Shown here one piece after another: positions 1 to 12,358 of a stretch of DNA of 64,000 nt. Within the stretch, counting starts at the first letter, position 1, and every line of letters starts with the position of its first letter. The position numbers and the translations under genes were made by a program. This stretch comes from Raja brachyura. Lineage: Eukaryota. The DNA lies in NCBI GenBank assembly GCA_963514005.1, contig OY740797.1:25048001-25112000 (forward strand), given 5' to 3'. Below the pieces are notes generated by a model, which worked only from the letters and a program-made list of their open reading frames with translations, did no database searches and was not told where the DNA came from.

Positions 1-166
1 CCTCATATGAAAGTCCTGACATCCCAGGAATCAGTCTGGTGAATCTTCTCTGCACTCCCTCTATGGCAATATCCCCCTTACCTAATCTGCCACCATTCAG
101 ATAATAGTCTACCCTCATGTTTTGCCACCAAAGTGGATAACCTCACATTTATCCACATTGTACTGC
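1..166 (-). mobile_element. CR1 LINE RT fragment
   Basis: [15 protein letters not shown]. Near-identical to the other CR1 copies in the window. Confidence 0.8.
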
Positions 167-169
167 ACT

Positions 170-427
170 GAGACATCTCCCTCCGTAACGCCCTGGTCAA
201 TTCGTCGCTTCCCATCCAAACCACCCCCTCCCCCGGTACTCTCCCTTGCAACCGCAGGAAATGCTACACTTGTTGCTTTACCCCACCCCCCCCCCCCCCC
301 CCCCCACCCCCCGCTCAATTCCATCTAGGGACCATAGCAGTCTTTCCAGGTGAGGCAGATGTTCACATGCACGTCCTCCAACCTCATCTATTGCATCCGC
401 TGTCTCAGGTGTCAACTGCTTTACATA
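170..427 (+). mobile_element. Penelope-like element fragment (GIY-YIG, 5' part)
   Basis: Translates FQVRQMFTCTSSNLIYCIRCLRCQLLYI. Interrupted by a CR1. Confidence 0.7.
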
Positions 428-2878
428 GAAATATAGAAACATAGTGTGAAAAATGTATTTCTCATCTCGGTCTTAAAGGATTTCCCCATTATCCTTAAGC
501 TGTGACCCCTTGTCCTGGACTTCCCCAAAAACGGGAACAATCTAGCCTGTCCAACCCCATATAAATTTGGTAAGTTTCTATAAGATCCCCTTTCAATCTC
601 CTAAATTCTAGAGAGTATAAACCGAGTCTATACAGTCTTTCTTCATAAGACAGTCTGGTGAACCTTCTCTGCACTCCCTCTATGGCAATAATGTCCTTCC
701 TCAGATTTGGAGACCAAAACTGTACGCAATACTCCAGGTGTGGTCTCACCAAGACCCTGTACAACTGAAGTAGAACCTCCCTGCTCCTATACTCAAATCC
801 TTTTGCTATGAAAGCTAACATACCATTCGCTTTCTTCACTGCCTGCTGCACCTGCATGCCTACTTTCAATGGCTGCTGTACCATGACACCCAGGTCCCGC
901 TGCATCTCCCCTTTTCCTAATCGGCCGCCATTTAGATAATAGTCTGCTTTCCTATTTTTGCCACCAAAGTGGATAACCTCACATTCATCGACATTATACT
1001 GCATCTGCCAAACATTTGCCCACTCACCCAGCCTATCCAAGTCACCTTGCAGTGCATCCTCCTCACAGCAACACTGCCCCCCAGCTTAGTGTCATCCGCA
1101 AACTTGGAGATATTGCCTTCGATTCCCTCATCCAGATCATTCATATATATTGTAAATAGCTGGGGTCCCAGCACTGAGCCTTGCGGTACCCCACAAGTCA
1201 CTGCCTGCCATTGTGAAAAGGACCCGTTTACTCATACTCTTTGCTTCCTGTTTGCCAGCCAGTTCTCTATCCACATCAATACTGAATCCCCAGTGCCGTA
1301 TGCTTTGTTTGTATACTAATCTCTTATGTGGGACCTTGCCGAAAGCCTTCTGGAAGTCCAGATACACCACATCCACTGGTTCTCCCTTATCCACGCTACT
1401 AGTTACATCCTCGAAAAATTCCACAAGATTCGTCAGACATGATTTACCTTTCGTAAATCCATGCTGACTTTGTCCAATGATTTCACCACTTTCCAAATGT
1501 GCTGCTATCCCATCTTTAATAACTGACTCTAGCAGTTTCCCCACTGCCAATGTTAGACTAACTCGTCTGTAATTCCCCGTTTTCTCTCTCCCCCCCTTCT
1601 TAAAAAGAGGGATAACGTTTGCTGCCCGCCAATCCTCAGGAACTACTCCAGAATCTAAAGAGTTTTGAAAGATTATCACTAATGCATCCACTATTTACGG
1701 AGCTACTTCCTTAAGTACTCTGGGATGCAGCCTATCTGACCCTGGGGATTTATCGGCCTTTAATCCATTCAATTTACCCAACACCACTTCCCGACTAAAC
1801 TGGATTTCACTCAAATTTCTCCTTTGACCCGCGATCCCCTGCTATTTCCGGCAGATTATTTATGTCTTCCTTGGTGACGATGGAACCAAAGTAGTTATTC
1901 AACTGGTCCGCCATATCCTTGTTCCCCATGATCAACTCACCTGTTTCTGACTGCAAGGGACCTACATTTGATTTAACTAAACTCTTTCTCTTCACGGATC
2001 TATAAACACTTTTGCAGTCAGTTTTTATGTTCCCTGACAGTTTTCTTTCATAATCTATTTTTCCTTTCCTAAATAAGCCCTTTGTATATCCACCGTCAAC
2101 CCTTTTAGAATTAATTGGTAGTCAATCTTGGCCAATTCACGTCTCATACCCTCAAAGTTACCTTTCCTTAAGTTCAGAACCATTGTTTCTGAATTAACAA
2201 TGTCACTATCCATTCTAATGAAGAACTCAACCATATTATGGTCACTCTTGCCCAAGGGGGCACGTACAACAAGACTGCTAACTGCCCCTTCCTCATTACT
2301 CAAAACCCAGACTAAAATAGCCCGTTCTCTCGTTGGTTCCTCTACATGTTAATTTACATAACTATCCCGCATACATTCCAAAAAATCCTCTTCCTCAGCA
2401 CCCCTGGCAATTTGATTCACCCAATCTTTATGTAGATTGAAGTCACCCATTATAACTGTTTTGCCTTTGTCGCGTGCATTTCTAATTTCCTGTTTGATAC
2501 CATCCCCAACTTCACTACTACTGTTAGGTGGCCTGTACACAACACCCACCAGCGTTTTCCGCCCCTTAGTGTTTCGCAGCTCTATCCATACCGATTCTAC
2601 GTCCTCCAAGCTAATGTCCTTCCTTTCCATTGCGTTAATCTCCTATCTAACCAGCAACGCTATCCCACCTCATTTTCCTTTTTCTCTATCCCTCCTGAAT
2701 ATTGAATATCCCTGGATGTTCAGCTCCCAACCTTGGTCACCCTGAAGCCATGTCTCCGTGATCCTAACTATATCATAATCATTAATAGCTAACTGCACGT
2801 TCAACTCATCCACTTTATTACGAATACTCCTTGCATTGAGACACAACCTTCAGGCTTGTTTTTACAACGCGCTTACCA
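428..2878 (-). mobile_element. CR1 (HER1-type) LINE, APE endonuclease + RT, frameshifted
   Basis: [55 protein letters not shown]; tail repeat tttctatg. Confidence 0.95.
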
Positions 2879-3310
2879 CTTATACATCGGTGAGACCAAT
2901 CGCAGGCTTGGCGATCGTTTCGCCCACCATCTCCATTCAGTTCGCATTAACCAACCTGATCAACACGGCAACTCCCCCTCCCATTCCGAATCCAACATTT
3001 CTTTCCTAGTCCTCCTCCATGGCTAGAGTGAGTCACACTGCAAATTGGAGGAGCAGCATCTCATATTTCGTTTGGGTGGTTTACACCCCAGCGGTATGAA
3101 CAATGACTTCTCCAATTTCAGGTAGTCCTTGCTTTCTCCCTCCTTCCCCTCACCTTCCCAGCTCTCCCACAGCCTACTGTATGCGCCTCTTCCTTTGTTC
3201 TTCCCGCCCCCCCTACCCCCACATCAGTCTGAAGAAGATCTCGACCCAAAAAGTCAGCTATTCCTTCGCTCCGTAGATGCTGCCTCACCCGTTGAGTTTC
3301 TACTACGATT
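2879..3310 (+). mobile_element. Penelope-like element 3' part (GIY-YIG continuation and terminal repeat)
   Basis: YIGETNRRLGDRFAHHL...EEQHLIFRLG...PSGMN, then a degenerate CTGAAGA..GACCC terminal motif. Confidence 0.75.
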
Positions 3311-3451
3311 TATGTTGTTGATATCCGAAAATACAACCGAAATTAAGCTAATCCTGAACATTATGAGGTCGTCGACCAGTATTGAAAAAATAGTTATGCC
3401 CGTGTAGTTGTTTTCCGGATCACAAATACATTTTCTGTTTTACATTTGCAG

Positions 3452-3757
3452 TTCCACCAGCTCAGCTCAGAATCTCCAAACTGCCTGATCAAAACTCAAC
3501 CACATTGAATATCTTGTGTAAAACAGAAGAATTTTACCCGGAGTCATTTAACCTCACTTGGTTCCGAAATGGCATTGAGATTTTCGAGGACATAGATACA
3601 ATGGTAAAACTGACAATGAATGGATTATATGAAGTTTCCAGTCATTTAAAGGAAACAAGGACACTCCAGGGCGGGGCGGTCTATACTTGCCAAGTGGCGC
3701 ACCTCACTCTTCCCACTCCACTGACTACAACATATCATGTTCCGGATTCCAAAACAG
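3452..3757 (+). CDS. Gene 1 exon: Ig C1-set domain of a V-C1-TM-ITIM (SIRP-like) receptor; leader and V exons not found, presumably upstream of the window
   Basis: tttgcag| acceptor and G|gtaacg donor, phase 1-1. Translates VPPAQLRISK...LCKTEEFYPESFNLTWFRNG...NGLYEVSSHL...YTCQVAHLTL, with the C1-set motifs C-x4-FYP, W and YxCxVxH. Confidence 0.9.
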
Positions 3758-3867
3758 GTAACGTAGAAAACATTAGAATGTTGGATGGTAGCGGATTCAG
3801 ATAGTCGCGTTTGGAAAGCGAAGCGGCTTCGATGGAGACGATGATTGCTAAGTTGCAAAAGTATTAT

Positions 3868-4187
3868 CATAGAATCATAGAAAATAGGTGCAGGAGTAGG
3901 CCATTCGACCCTTCGAGCCTGCGCCGCCATTCAATATGATCATGGCTGATCATCCAACTCAGTGTGCTGTACCTGTCTTCGCCCCATACCCCCTCATCCC
4001 TTTAGCCACAAGGGCCACATCTAACTCCATCATAAATATAGCCAATGAATTGGCCTCAACTACCTTCTGTGGCAGAGAAGTTGCAAAAGTATTATCATAG
4101 AATCATAGAAAATAGGTGCAGGAGTAGGCCATTCAGCCCTACGAGCCTGCGCCGCCATTCAATATGGTCATGGCTGATCATCCAACT
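3868..4187 (-). mobile_element. Two tandem CR1 3'-end fragments
   Basis: Two copies of catagaatcatagaaaataggtgcaggagtaggccattc, matching the CR1 3' UTR elsewhere in the window. Confidence 0.85.
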
Positions 4188-4344
4188 ATTGTAATTCCAT
4201 CTTGCTTACTGCCTTAATTCTATTGTTAAAACTAACAGCGTGGATTTCAGATTGGACTAAATTGTAGTTGGAGCAGATAAAGCCCTTAACCGATTTGCTT
4301 ATTCATTTTAGAATATTAAGTAAATTTAAGTACAATACGTTTCA

Positions 4345-4560
4345 GGAGAGATGGGCACGTGCAATGTTTATCATGCGCTTTGTGGGAGACCAGCAATAAG
4401 TCTAATGTCGCTCGCGGCCATTCCTTCAGGAAATGCATTAAACATCAGTTCCTGACTGACGTTCTTCCGCATCTGGTATTTAGGATGGATTCGCTGTGCA
4501 GCATCCGCGGTGCTTCCGACGCTATGGATAGCTTGTTTCATCGTGTGGCCAATATTGATC
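4345..4560 (+). mobile_element. Degraded CR1 ORF1-like fragment
   Basis: QCLSCALWE...RKCIKHQFLTD, a CxxC..KC pattern resembling the CR1 ORF1 N-terminus. Confidence 0.4.
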
Positions 4561-6829
4561 GCTTTCGCAAAAAGACGCTTGGTGCCCAATGGCCAATTAG
4601 TAGCACAATCGGGAAGTGTGGATGTGCATTGACTTTGGATATCAAAGTTTAAGGAGCAAGTCCCCTGAAGTTGTTTAATCGAGAGTTCTTCCAGTACCAC
4701 TTGCGAATGAATATAGGAATAGGAGGATAGATCGGAACAATACTTGGCTGAATATATAGTTGAAAAGGGAGATCTTAAGGGAGATTTGAAGTGCTTTGCC
4801 AGTGGTGGTGTTGGAGGTACATGGAAGTACAGGCAATAGAGGCATATGGGTCATGTACAGGGAGATGTGTTCGGTTTGACGGCATCTTTAGCACAAATAT
4901 TGCGGCCCGAAGTGCCCGTTCCCGTGCTGTACTATTGTATACTCTGTGCTCTATAGAATAACAATCGCGTTGATGATGAACTGCAAATGTATTAGTCCTA
5001 TTATCAAATGTGTTATCGGGTGTTTGCGTCACAGATGTAGGCAAATCGGAATGATTTAAGATTAATATTATGTTAGTAGAGTGAGATTTCAAGTAGAGCA
5101 ATTCGAACATTTTTAGTGATAAAGACAAATTGTGCCCAGAAAGACATTCTGTGCTAGAATGTATGTAATCCAACTGTGATGGTGCTGCGCAGAAACGTAG
5201 GGTAATTTAAAGTAATTATATGGTCCAGTGGTTGGGAACAACATTTTCGATAGCGTCCATTAATTTAGGTTTCAGGTTAGTCATGGATCGAGATTACAAT
5301 CGTCTGGAAATTAAGATTGTGAATAGGGAAGGTGGCAAATTTATCGTACTATATGACCTGTCAAATTGAAACTGTATTTACGGTTAGGCCTACAGGGCTG
5401 AATCCTGTACATATCAAACACCGATAGTTGATGACCAACGTGTTCATTTAAGGGAGGAGGGAAATGGCAACGCCCAGGGTTATCAGACTGTTTGATGAAG
5501 TAAAGATAAAGGGGAAAAGCAAGCACATGAAATCAGGCGGGGCAGTTTTTTTACATTTCGTTGATCTATTATTCTTTATTATGTTATCTAAGATAATTAT
5601 GTTTACAGACCTATTACTTTGCTGCAACTAAGAATTGGCGCGTTCTTTTCGGTACATATGGCAATTCAGCATGCTTGGCGCTTACTCTCTTGACCCTTGT
5701 TGAAGAATAATTGCTCCGTTAGAATTCAGGATCGCACAGCTCCTTCGATGAGGGAGATCAACATCAATGCATGCTGCATTCAACAATACTTTTTATACTT
5801 TGAGATTGAGGTCTGCCTACTGAATGGGACTTAAAATTCAGTGTCACTGATCTCTCAGGCAATCAACGCTCATCTTTTAGTTGTCAGACGCCTCCGTATA
5901 TGCATTTGGCCCATAACGTATAACATATCTTTACCCCTTGATAGTCTGAAGAAGAACAAGGAGTTTCATTGACATGTTTTATTTAAAGAATGTTGACTTC
6001 TATCACTGGTTTTGAAGGAAGTTCTTTAATTCCCATTCGTTTTACCAATTATATTATATATATTTTAATATTTGACGTTATGCTCTCCAGTGCTTTGCAC
6101 CCATAAGCCAATTCCATGTACATTATTTCCTGTCTGCGATCCCCTCCTTTTACTGCAAGGTAAATTCGTTTCAAAATTCCACCATGTCTTACCAATTCCT
6201 CATGCATTTACAGATCTGCCCATTTCCATCATCTCGATGCCAATATGCAATATGGACATGTTGTGATTGCCGTTTGAGTCGGTGATGATTTTACGCACCA
6301 GCCATTGTTCCTCCCAATGGTATAACCGCGTTTACATTGAGTTGACTCATTGAGTTCCGCATCACAGCTTCCTCGATAGTTTGTCGGTTCAGGCGGCATA
6401 TCCAGTAAAGATAATTGTGGGCGGCCTCGCACCTTATGCAATAAATCCACAAAGTGGCCTAACCTCAGCACAATCTTATCTTTGCTTTGAAAGTCCAACA
6501 GCCTCCGATGGATCCAACCGTTCGGGCTAATTTGTGATATTTATTCAATATCATTTATCAACATTTCAAAGGAAAGCTGCTAATTTCAAATAACGTATCT
6601 ATTCTTAATTAGTTATATTGTTTTCTCATGGTGCGTTTCATCCTAGTGCTGTGAATATCGCTGATTTTCTCTTCGGCTAATATAAATTTATGATTTTTTT
6701 TAAATCCAACAAATTAGTTTTATACCTTATCTTTCAATTTAACGCATCAACCTACATTTGCCACATCTCTCAGACACTTACCGTTATTTCGTTTTGATTA
6801 TAAAATGTTTTGTGGGAGGACCCAACAGC

Positions 6830-7079
6830 TCTGGAGACCCGGATTTGATCCTCACTACGGGTGCTGCCCATGGATAATTTGTACCTTATCCCTGTGACTG
6901 TGTGAGTTTTCTCTGGGTGCTCCGGTTCCTACTGCATTGCCTAGGCGTACAAATTGGGTAGGTTAATTGGCATTTGTAAATTATTCCCAGTGTGCAGGAG
7001 AGAATTGTTGTACGAGCGATTGTTGGTCGGCGTGGACCCGCGATTTTATTTAGCTGTATCTCTAAAGTAAACTAAACTG
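6830..7079 (+). mobile_element. HE1-type tRNA-derived SINE
   Basis: B-box-like ggatttgatcc, core gtgctccggtt, 3' end ctgtatctctaaa plus (taaac)n. Confidence 0.75.
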
Positions 7080-7184
7080 AATATTCGTAAAATATTTAAC
7101 TTAAATATCAGTACAATTAATCTGTCTTGTTCTGTACCTGGCCATTAATTCCAGTTATATGTTTTTCATTCTTTTATTTTACAG

Positions 7185-7292
7185 ACAATAATTCGACCTA
7201 TATTCTTATTTATGGATGCGCAACGGGTGGAATTATATTTATTCTTCTGCTTATCATTACGATGGTGTGTCGACACATCAAGAGAAGTAGAC
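7185..7292 (+). CDS. Gene 1 transmembrane exon
   Basis: ttttacag| ... C|gtgagc, phase 1-1. DNNSTYILIYGCATGGIIFILLLIITMVCRHIKRSR: hydrophobic helix followed by a basic stop-transfer segment. Confidence 0.85.
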
Positions 7293-7679
7293 GTGAGCAT
7301 CTAATCAATTTTGTTTCGTGTGTTTTAGAAATGGCCATAAGGGGTATAGGGTTTTACTCCACTTTATGGCAACGTCGTGATGGGGGGAATTATGTGCTTC
7401 ACCTATACCCTGAATCTAGCTTTCGCGTCTGTGAATTGTCCTCCTAATTACGGCGCATAATGGGACATACACCAATAATATCGATTAGAGCAGTGGTGAG
7501 TTTCTCAAACAAGTCGGTTTATTCAAGGCATTAACAGCTTATGTTGTAAAACATTCCAAGGTGTTCCAATTATTCTCAGCACCCACAGTCTTTACACTCT
7601 CAAAACGATGGTTCAATGTGGAGTTTACGTACATGAAATAATTTATAAGTGACCAATGATTTTTTGTTATTTTCATCCT

Positions 7680-9780
7680 ATGTTCACAGACTAATTTTCA
7701 ATCTTCTCTTGCCTGGCTAGTGTCTGGGTTAATTTTATTAGTATCAGTATTATTGCACTCAGCCTGATTTACAATCCACTATGTTTATCTTTACACCACC
7801 ACGCTATGCCATGCAATCTAAATACTTCCTAAAAGTCTATTCATTGCCTCACCTAGCACGACCTTTCAGTTATCTTCACACTGTTGTTCCATCTTTCAAC
7901 ATTTTGTCCTGGTGTTGAGTAAATGGACCGAGCTGCCATGGGAGGTGGTAGGGGCACGTAATATAACAACATTAAAAATACATTTGGACAGGTATATGAA
8001 AGACCAAATGCGTGCATGTGCGACCGGCGTGGTTGCGGCCTTTTGGTCGCCAGGGGCAAGTTGAGTCGAAGGTTTAGATGTTAGAGTATCCGTGTTTAGA
8101 TGTTAGAGTATAGACAAACAGCACAGAAACTGGCCGTTAGGCCCACCGACAGCGCCGACCAGCGATCCCCGCATATTAATACTACCCTACACACACTAGG
8201 GACAATTTACAATTTTACCAAGCCAATTAACCTACAAACCTGTAATCTTGGGATGTGGGAGGAAACCGGAGCTCCAGGAGAAAACCCACGCAGGTCACAG
8301 GGAAAGCCTACAAACTCAGTACAAGCAGCACCCGTAGTCGTTGTCGCTGTAAGGCAACTCAACCATTGCGCCAACGTGCGTATAGAGTCACGCAATATAT
8401 AGTTTTGTGTGGCTCTATAACTCCACGACTCTTTGTCTCTCTAACTATACTCTATGATATTAATTAATATCTTCTGGGCATGCCCAGTGATTCGCCGTTT
8501 GATGATATAGATCCAAACAGGTGCCCATTGTTTGCCCGTCAATCATTGCAGCCCGGTCTGGAGCATTGTGTACTTATATTCAAGCTGTATTTTTATGTTG
8601 GCCAGTATGCATCTGGTATAGGACTAATCTTGTATTCTTCAACTGGTGTGAGGCATGGATCATAACTCATATTATGCATGCTCCCAGAGGTACAAGGTAT
8701 ATTTGATCCACTTGACTAGCTGTAGTCAGTGATCGTAGGTTGCAATCATTTCGCATATCTTGACTCCGCTGCTTTATTGTTGAGTCGATATCCAATTGGC
8801 GACATGGTGGCTGGTTAATTATAGAAAGCCTCCTGTCGCTTTGACACTGGTTAGTTGAAATAGACACCTCACACATGCTCCCTATGTTCCTGCTGAAAAA
8901 ATATTACTCACTCTGTCTATCATTTTGTTTGTTGTCTCCTCATATGCTTTGAGTATTTTAACATCCCTAAGAAATACTTGCGCTGCTTCTTCCCCTGCGT
9001 CACATTGTGCTTTTGTCATCTTTAACTCACTTTGTCGCCACTGTGCCTTTTCCATCACCTGTTATAATTGGTCATGAAATGACGCATAGCCCAGTTGCAT
9101 ACCCTGCTCGCATTATCTATGCATTATCTATGTTGATCCCCCTTCGGGTTCTACGCATTTCTATTGCTTTCCCAATAACTGCTGCCTTAACATATGTTGA
9201 AATAATTCCTCACTAGTGCATCATTCCGAAATGTCAAAAAGCATTACCTCAATGTGACAAGAATGGAGAATCATGGTTACTTTTTCTTCCTTAATAGCCA
9301 TCACGAACTGTCACAATCCACCACCTTAATGTCCTGATCGTACAGGGTCGGGATTTCAGTAGTGGTGGTCAAAGGCGAATATGGTGAACATTTACTTAAC
9401 AACAACACATGATATTGGCTTCTCCATAATACTGTAATGGGGTCTCCGATTCTATAACAATTCATAATAAACTTCGTTGCACCTCCCTCTTTTAATCTCT
9501 AGGGCATTCCCAAGTAAATATTTTCGCTCATACACCACAATTTGTCCTATGGTTGGACTGGCTTTATCAATGCAGACATTTGCATTTCTTCTACCATTTA
9601 TAACTTTATTCATTCCTCGGTTTCGTTCCTTATTCCAAGTAGTTCGCCTGATCGTTCAATATGATCTAGTTGGAACACTCATGATTCCAGCCTGATCCAT
9701 TATAGTAACCCTCAAAGAAAAAAATAAACATATTCAGCCAACTGCCAGTAGTTTAAATTTCTCCTTTATGATTTCTACTT
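7680..9780 (-). mobile_element. Possible degraded endogenous retroviral env remnant (interrupted by LINE/SINE)
   Basis: Minus-strand pieces in env order: hydrophobic leader-like stretch (~9750), RRTRR/GI furin-like site with AGYATGL (~9150-9090), helical KILKAYEETTNKMIDRVSNIF, DLYHQTANHWACPED (~8480) and WW..IRLSAIILILI (~7750). Many stops. Confidence 0.35.
8095..8378 (-). mobile_element. HE1-type SINE
   Basis: tgggaggaaaccggagc..gagaaaacccacgcaggtcacaggga, the reverse of the SINE core. Confidence 0.8.
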
Positions 9781-10630
9781 CTTCAACTGAGTCTAATCTT
9801 TCCGCCAGGCAATGCCCCTCCTGTCCACCAGGACATGTTTCTCCTTCCACATTACAGCAATCCCTCCCCTCTCACATAATTCACACAATTTCTTAAATGG
9901 ACTCAGAAGTGATACTGCAAATTTATTTCACACATTGGAGGAGCATAATTCTGTCAGATCCTATTCCACCTGGACCATAGGATTCATTCAACTTTCCCCC
10001 AAAGCAGATATACCAAACAAGTAACAACATTTGGACCCAAACCCCATCTTGATGAGATGCAATATCTGCAATCCAATCTGTACCAGTCCTTAACGTTGGT
10101 GCATAGATGGCAAAGACTAAACTTTGTGCACATTTCAGAGTATCGTGACTTTAAAAAAAAGGCAGACACAACCACGTTGAGTAAAAAGTACTAGGAGCTG
10201 CACATTGCTCTAGTTTAGAGTTCCCCCTCACCACACATGCCGATTATATTCATGGTACGGGACATCAAGAAGCAGAGAGTAAAGCATTCAATGTAGCATC
10301 ACGTACATCTCAACTAAAGCGTTGTGCATCAGAAGGCGCCATGATTTGGAAAATAAAATGCTGCAGTGCTTCCCCAGCACAAAAACGTGGAGATTGTTTT
10401 AGCTCTGTCACGAGCGTAATCATGGCTGCCAGATATTGCTCACTCTGTGGTTTAGCGCAATATAAAGTCTAGTGTCTATTAAGATGACAGAGGAACAACA
10501 TCTGAATAAAGCAAAAGTGTGTTATTTACTGTAAATGTACTGCCAAAGTAGTGAGCGTTTATGAGAATCAGCAGCAATTGTATATATAACGCAAGTTTAA
10601 ACATCGAAGTCTCACTTTACTTTCTATTAG

Positions 10631-10668
10631 GAAATGGACGGCAGGCCTTTAATATAGCTGAAGACACG
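10631..10668 (+). CDS. Gene 1 first cytoplasmic mini-exon
   Basis: tttctattag| ... ACG|gtaagc, phase 1-0. (R)NGRQAFNIAEDT. Links the TM exon in frame to the tyrosine exon and parallels the 44-nt exon of gene 2. Confidence 0.7.
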
Positions 10669-11029
10669 GTAAGCTAAGATTTTTATGGGTTATTTTAACC
10701 TATGGCATTAACGCTCTCCACTCAAGTTCAGTAAATTGTAACTATATCGCATGAATATCGGTTGAATTTCTTTATGCATTAGAGTACCTTGGACAGCTCT
10801 GGCATTCTAGTTTTGAACTACAAATGTTTGTCAATTGCGGGTGTCTTTTAATTAACAGGAACGTTTCAGAATGAAGTGAATTCAGTTGTGTGCCACGTTT
10901 AGATACGCATTCAGTATTTGCACGTTTTTTGTGCGGTCTAAGGAATTTTCCTGAATGCCTTTTCATAATGCCTTTTCACATAATCTCTTACTATACGCAA
11001 ATTACATACCCACTTTACTTGTTGGGGGA

Positions 11030-11400
11030 GATTGTTTAAGATGGGGTTGCTTTCGTTGAGGCAAATGAGGCTGATGGGTGATTTGACCGAGGTGTGTAAA
11101 ATGATCAAAGGCATTGATGGGATAGATTTTCATTTCCCTGCAAGGGGTATTAAAAGCGAGGGGACGAACGCTTAATATGGGGAACATACAATTTAAAGGG
11201 GATTTGAGTGGTATGAGTTTTGTAGAAGGATCAGTTGAGACCTGAAAAGCAATTTATATGTATGAGAAGCTTCAGGATACCAAGGCAAATAGATGAGGAA
11301 TAAGGTGGGGAATAAGAGCAAGTGGTATTAAAGTAGAAGGCCGCAAAGATCAGCATAGCCCGGTGGGCGGGATGGCCTGATTCTGTGCGGGTACCGCGCG
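11030..11400 (+). mobile_element. Old CR1 3' fragment
   Basis: Degenerate RLRGDLxEVxK-type coding end followed by a gggcggatggcct 3' UTR. Confidence 0.5.
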
Positions 11401-11658
11401 ATTCCGGAGTCGTACACCACAGAAACAATTAGGATGAGCTCAAATCGATTAACAAGCAGGACACAAAATGTTCCAGCGTTTTAAAAGAAAAAGTGGAAGT
11501 TATTGATAAACTAGTTAAACGTGTAAAGATTTTTGGCATGCTGCCATGGCATTTTTTTACTCTTTTGAGAAATAGAAAAATTTAAGAAATTTGCATTCAC
11601 CATCTGAATTCAATTGTATATAAGGAGTAATACACATGAATAAAACATTATTTTGCAG

Positions 11659-11775
11659 CGGACGGGAAAAGAAAATGATGAATTCTGCTCATATGTAGCA
11701 TTAGATTTATCCAGGTCTAAGTCTAAGACGGTTTCAAATCTGAAAGGCACGGAGGAAAGAACCACATATGCAGAG
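11659..11775 (+). CDS. Gene 1 cytoplasmic tyrosine-motif exon
   Basis: ttttgcag| ... GAG|gtaggt, phase 0-0. RTGKENDEFCSYVALDLSRSK...EERTTYAE, homologous to gene 2 VSYAALNLS...TLYAQ. Confidence 0.85.
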
Positions 11776-11883
11776 GTAGGTTCTGGTTTTGTCGCAAGTT
11801 ATTCGGAACAGTCAACTTGTTTTCTTTTTTTTATTGGCTTCCTTCTATAAATAATGATCTCTTCATAAACATTGTATTCACAG

Positions 11884-11946
11884 ACTAAGCGAGTGAATGC
11901 TAGTCAGAAGCTGATTTATGCCTCTGTGGAGCTGCGTGGATTCTAG
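11884..11946 (+). CDS. Gene 1 terminal coding exon with ITIM
   Basis: ttcacag| TKRVNASQKLIYASVELRGF-TAG. LIYASV fits the ITIM consensus (I/V/L/S)xYxx(L/V). Confidence 0.8.
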   Translation, partial: TKRVNASQKLIYASVELRGF

Positions 11947-12120
11947 AAAACAGAAGGGGCCAAATCGAAGAAAAAATGAAGGATTAGAATGTAACGGCGT
12001 GCTTAATTTAAGACATCAACAGAAAATACGTACCCAATTATGCATTATCAACGTGGAAACGATTATGTTGTCATTTAACTATAATTGTTTGACATCAATA
12101 ATTTAGCTTATGTGTATTTG

Positions 12121-12358
12121 CACACAGAGAGTGTTAAGTCTGTGGAATTCTCTGCCTCAGAGGGCGGTGGAGGCAGGTGCTCCGGATGCTTTCAAGAGAG
12201 AGCTAGATAGGACTCTTAAAAATTGCGGAGTCAGGAGATATGGGGAGAAGGCAGGAACGGGGTACTGATTGGGGATAATCAGCCATGATCACATTGAATG
12301 GCAGTGCTGGCTCGAAGGGCCGAATGCCCTACTTCTGTACCTATTGTCTATTGTCTAC
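12121..12358 (+). mobile_element. CR1 3' end
   Basis: LWNSLPQRAVEA...KRELD, 3' UTR and (ctattgt)n tail. Confidence 0.9.

Noticed and set aside
10335-10345. tRNA-Lys primer-binding site (CA-TGGCGCC on the minus strand) for the putative ERV
   Set aside because: Only 7 nt match and no paired LTRs could be demonstrated.
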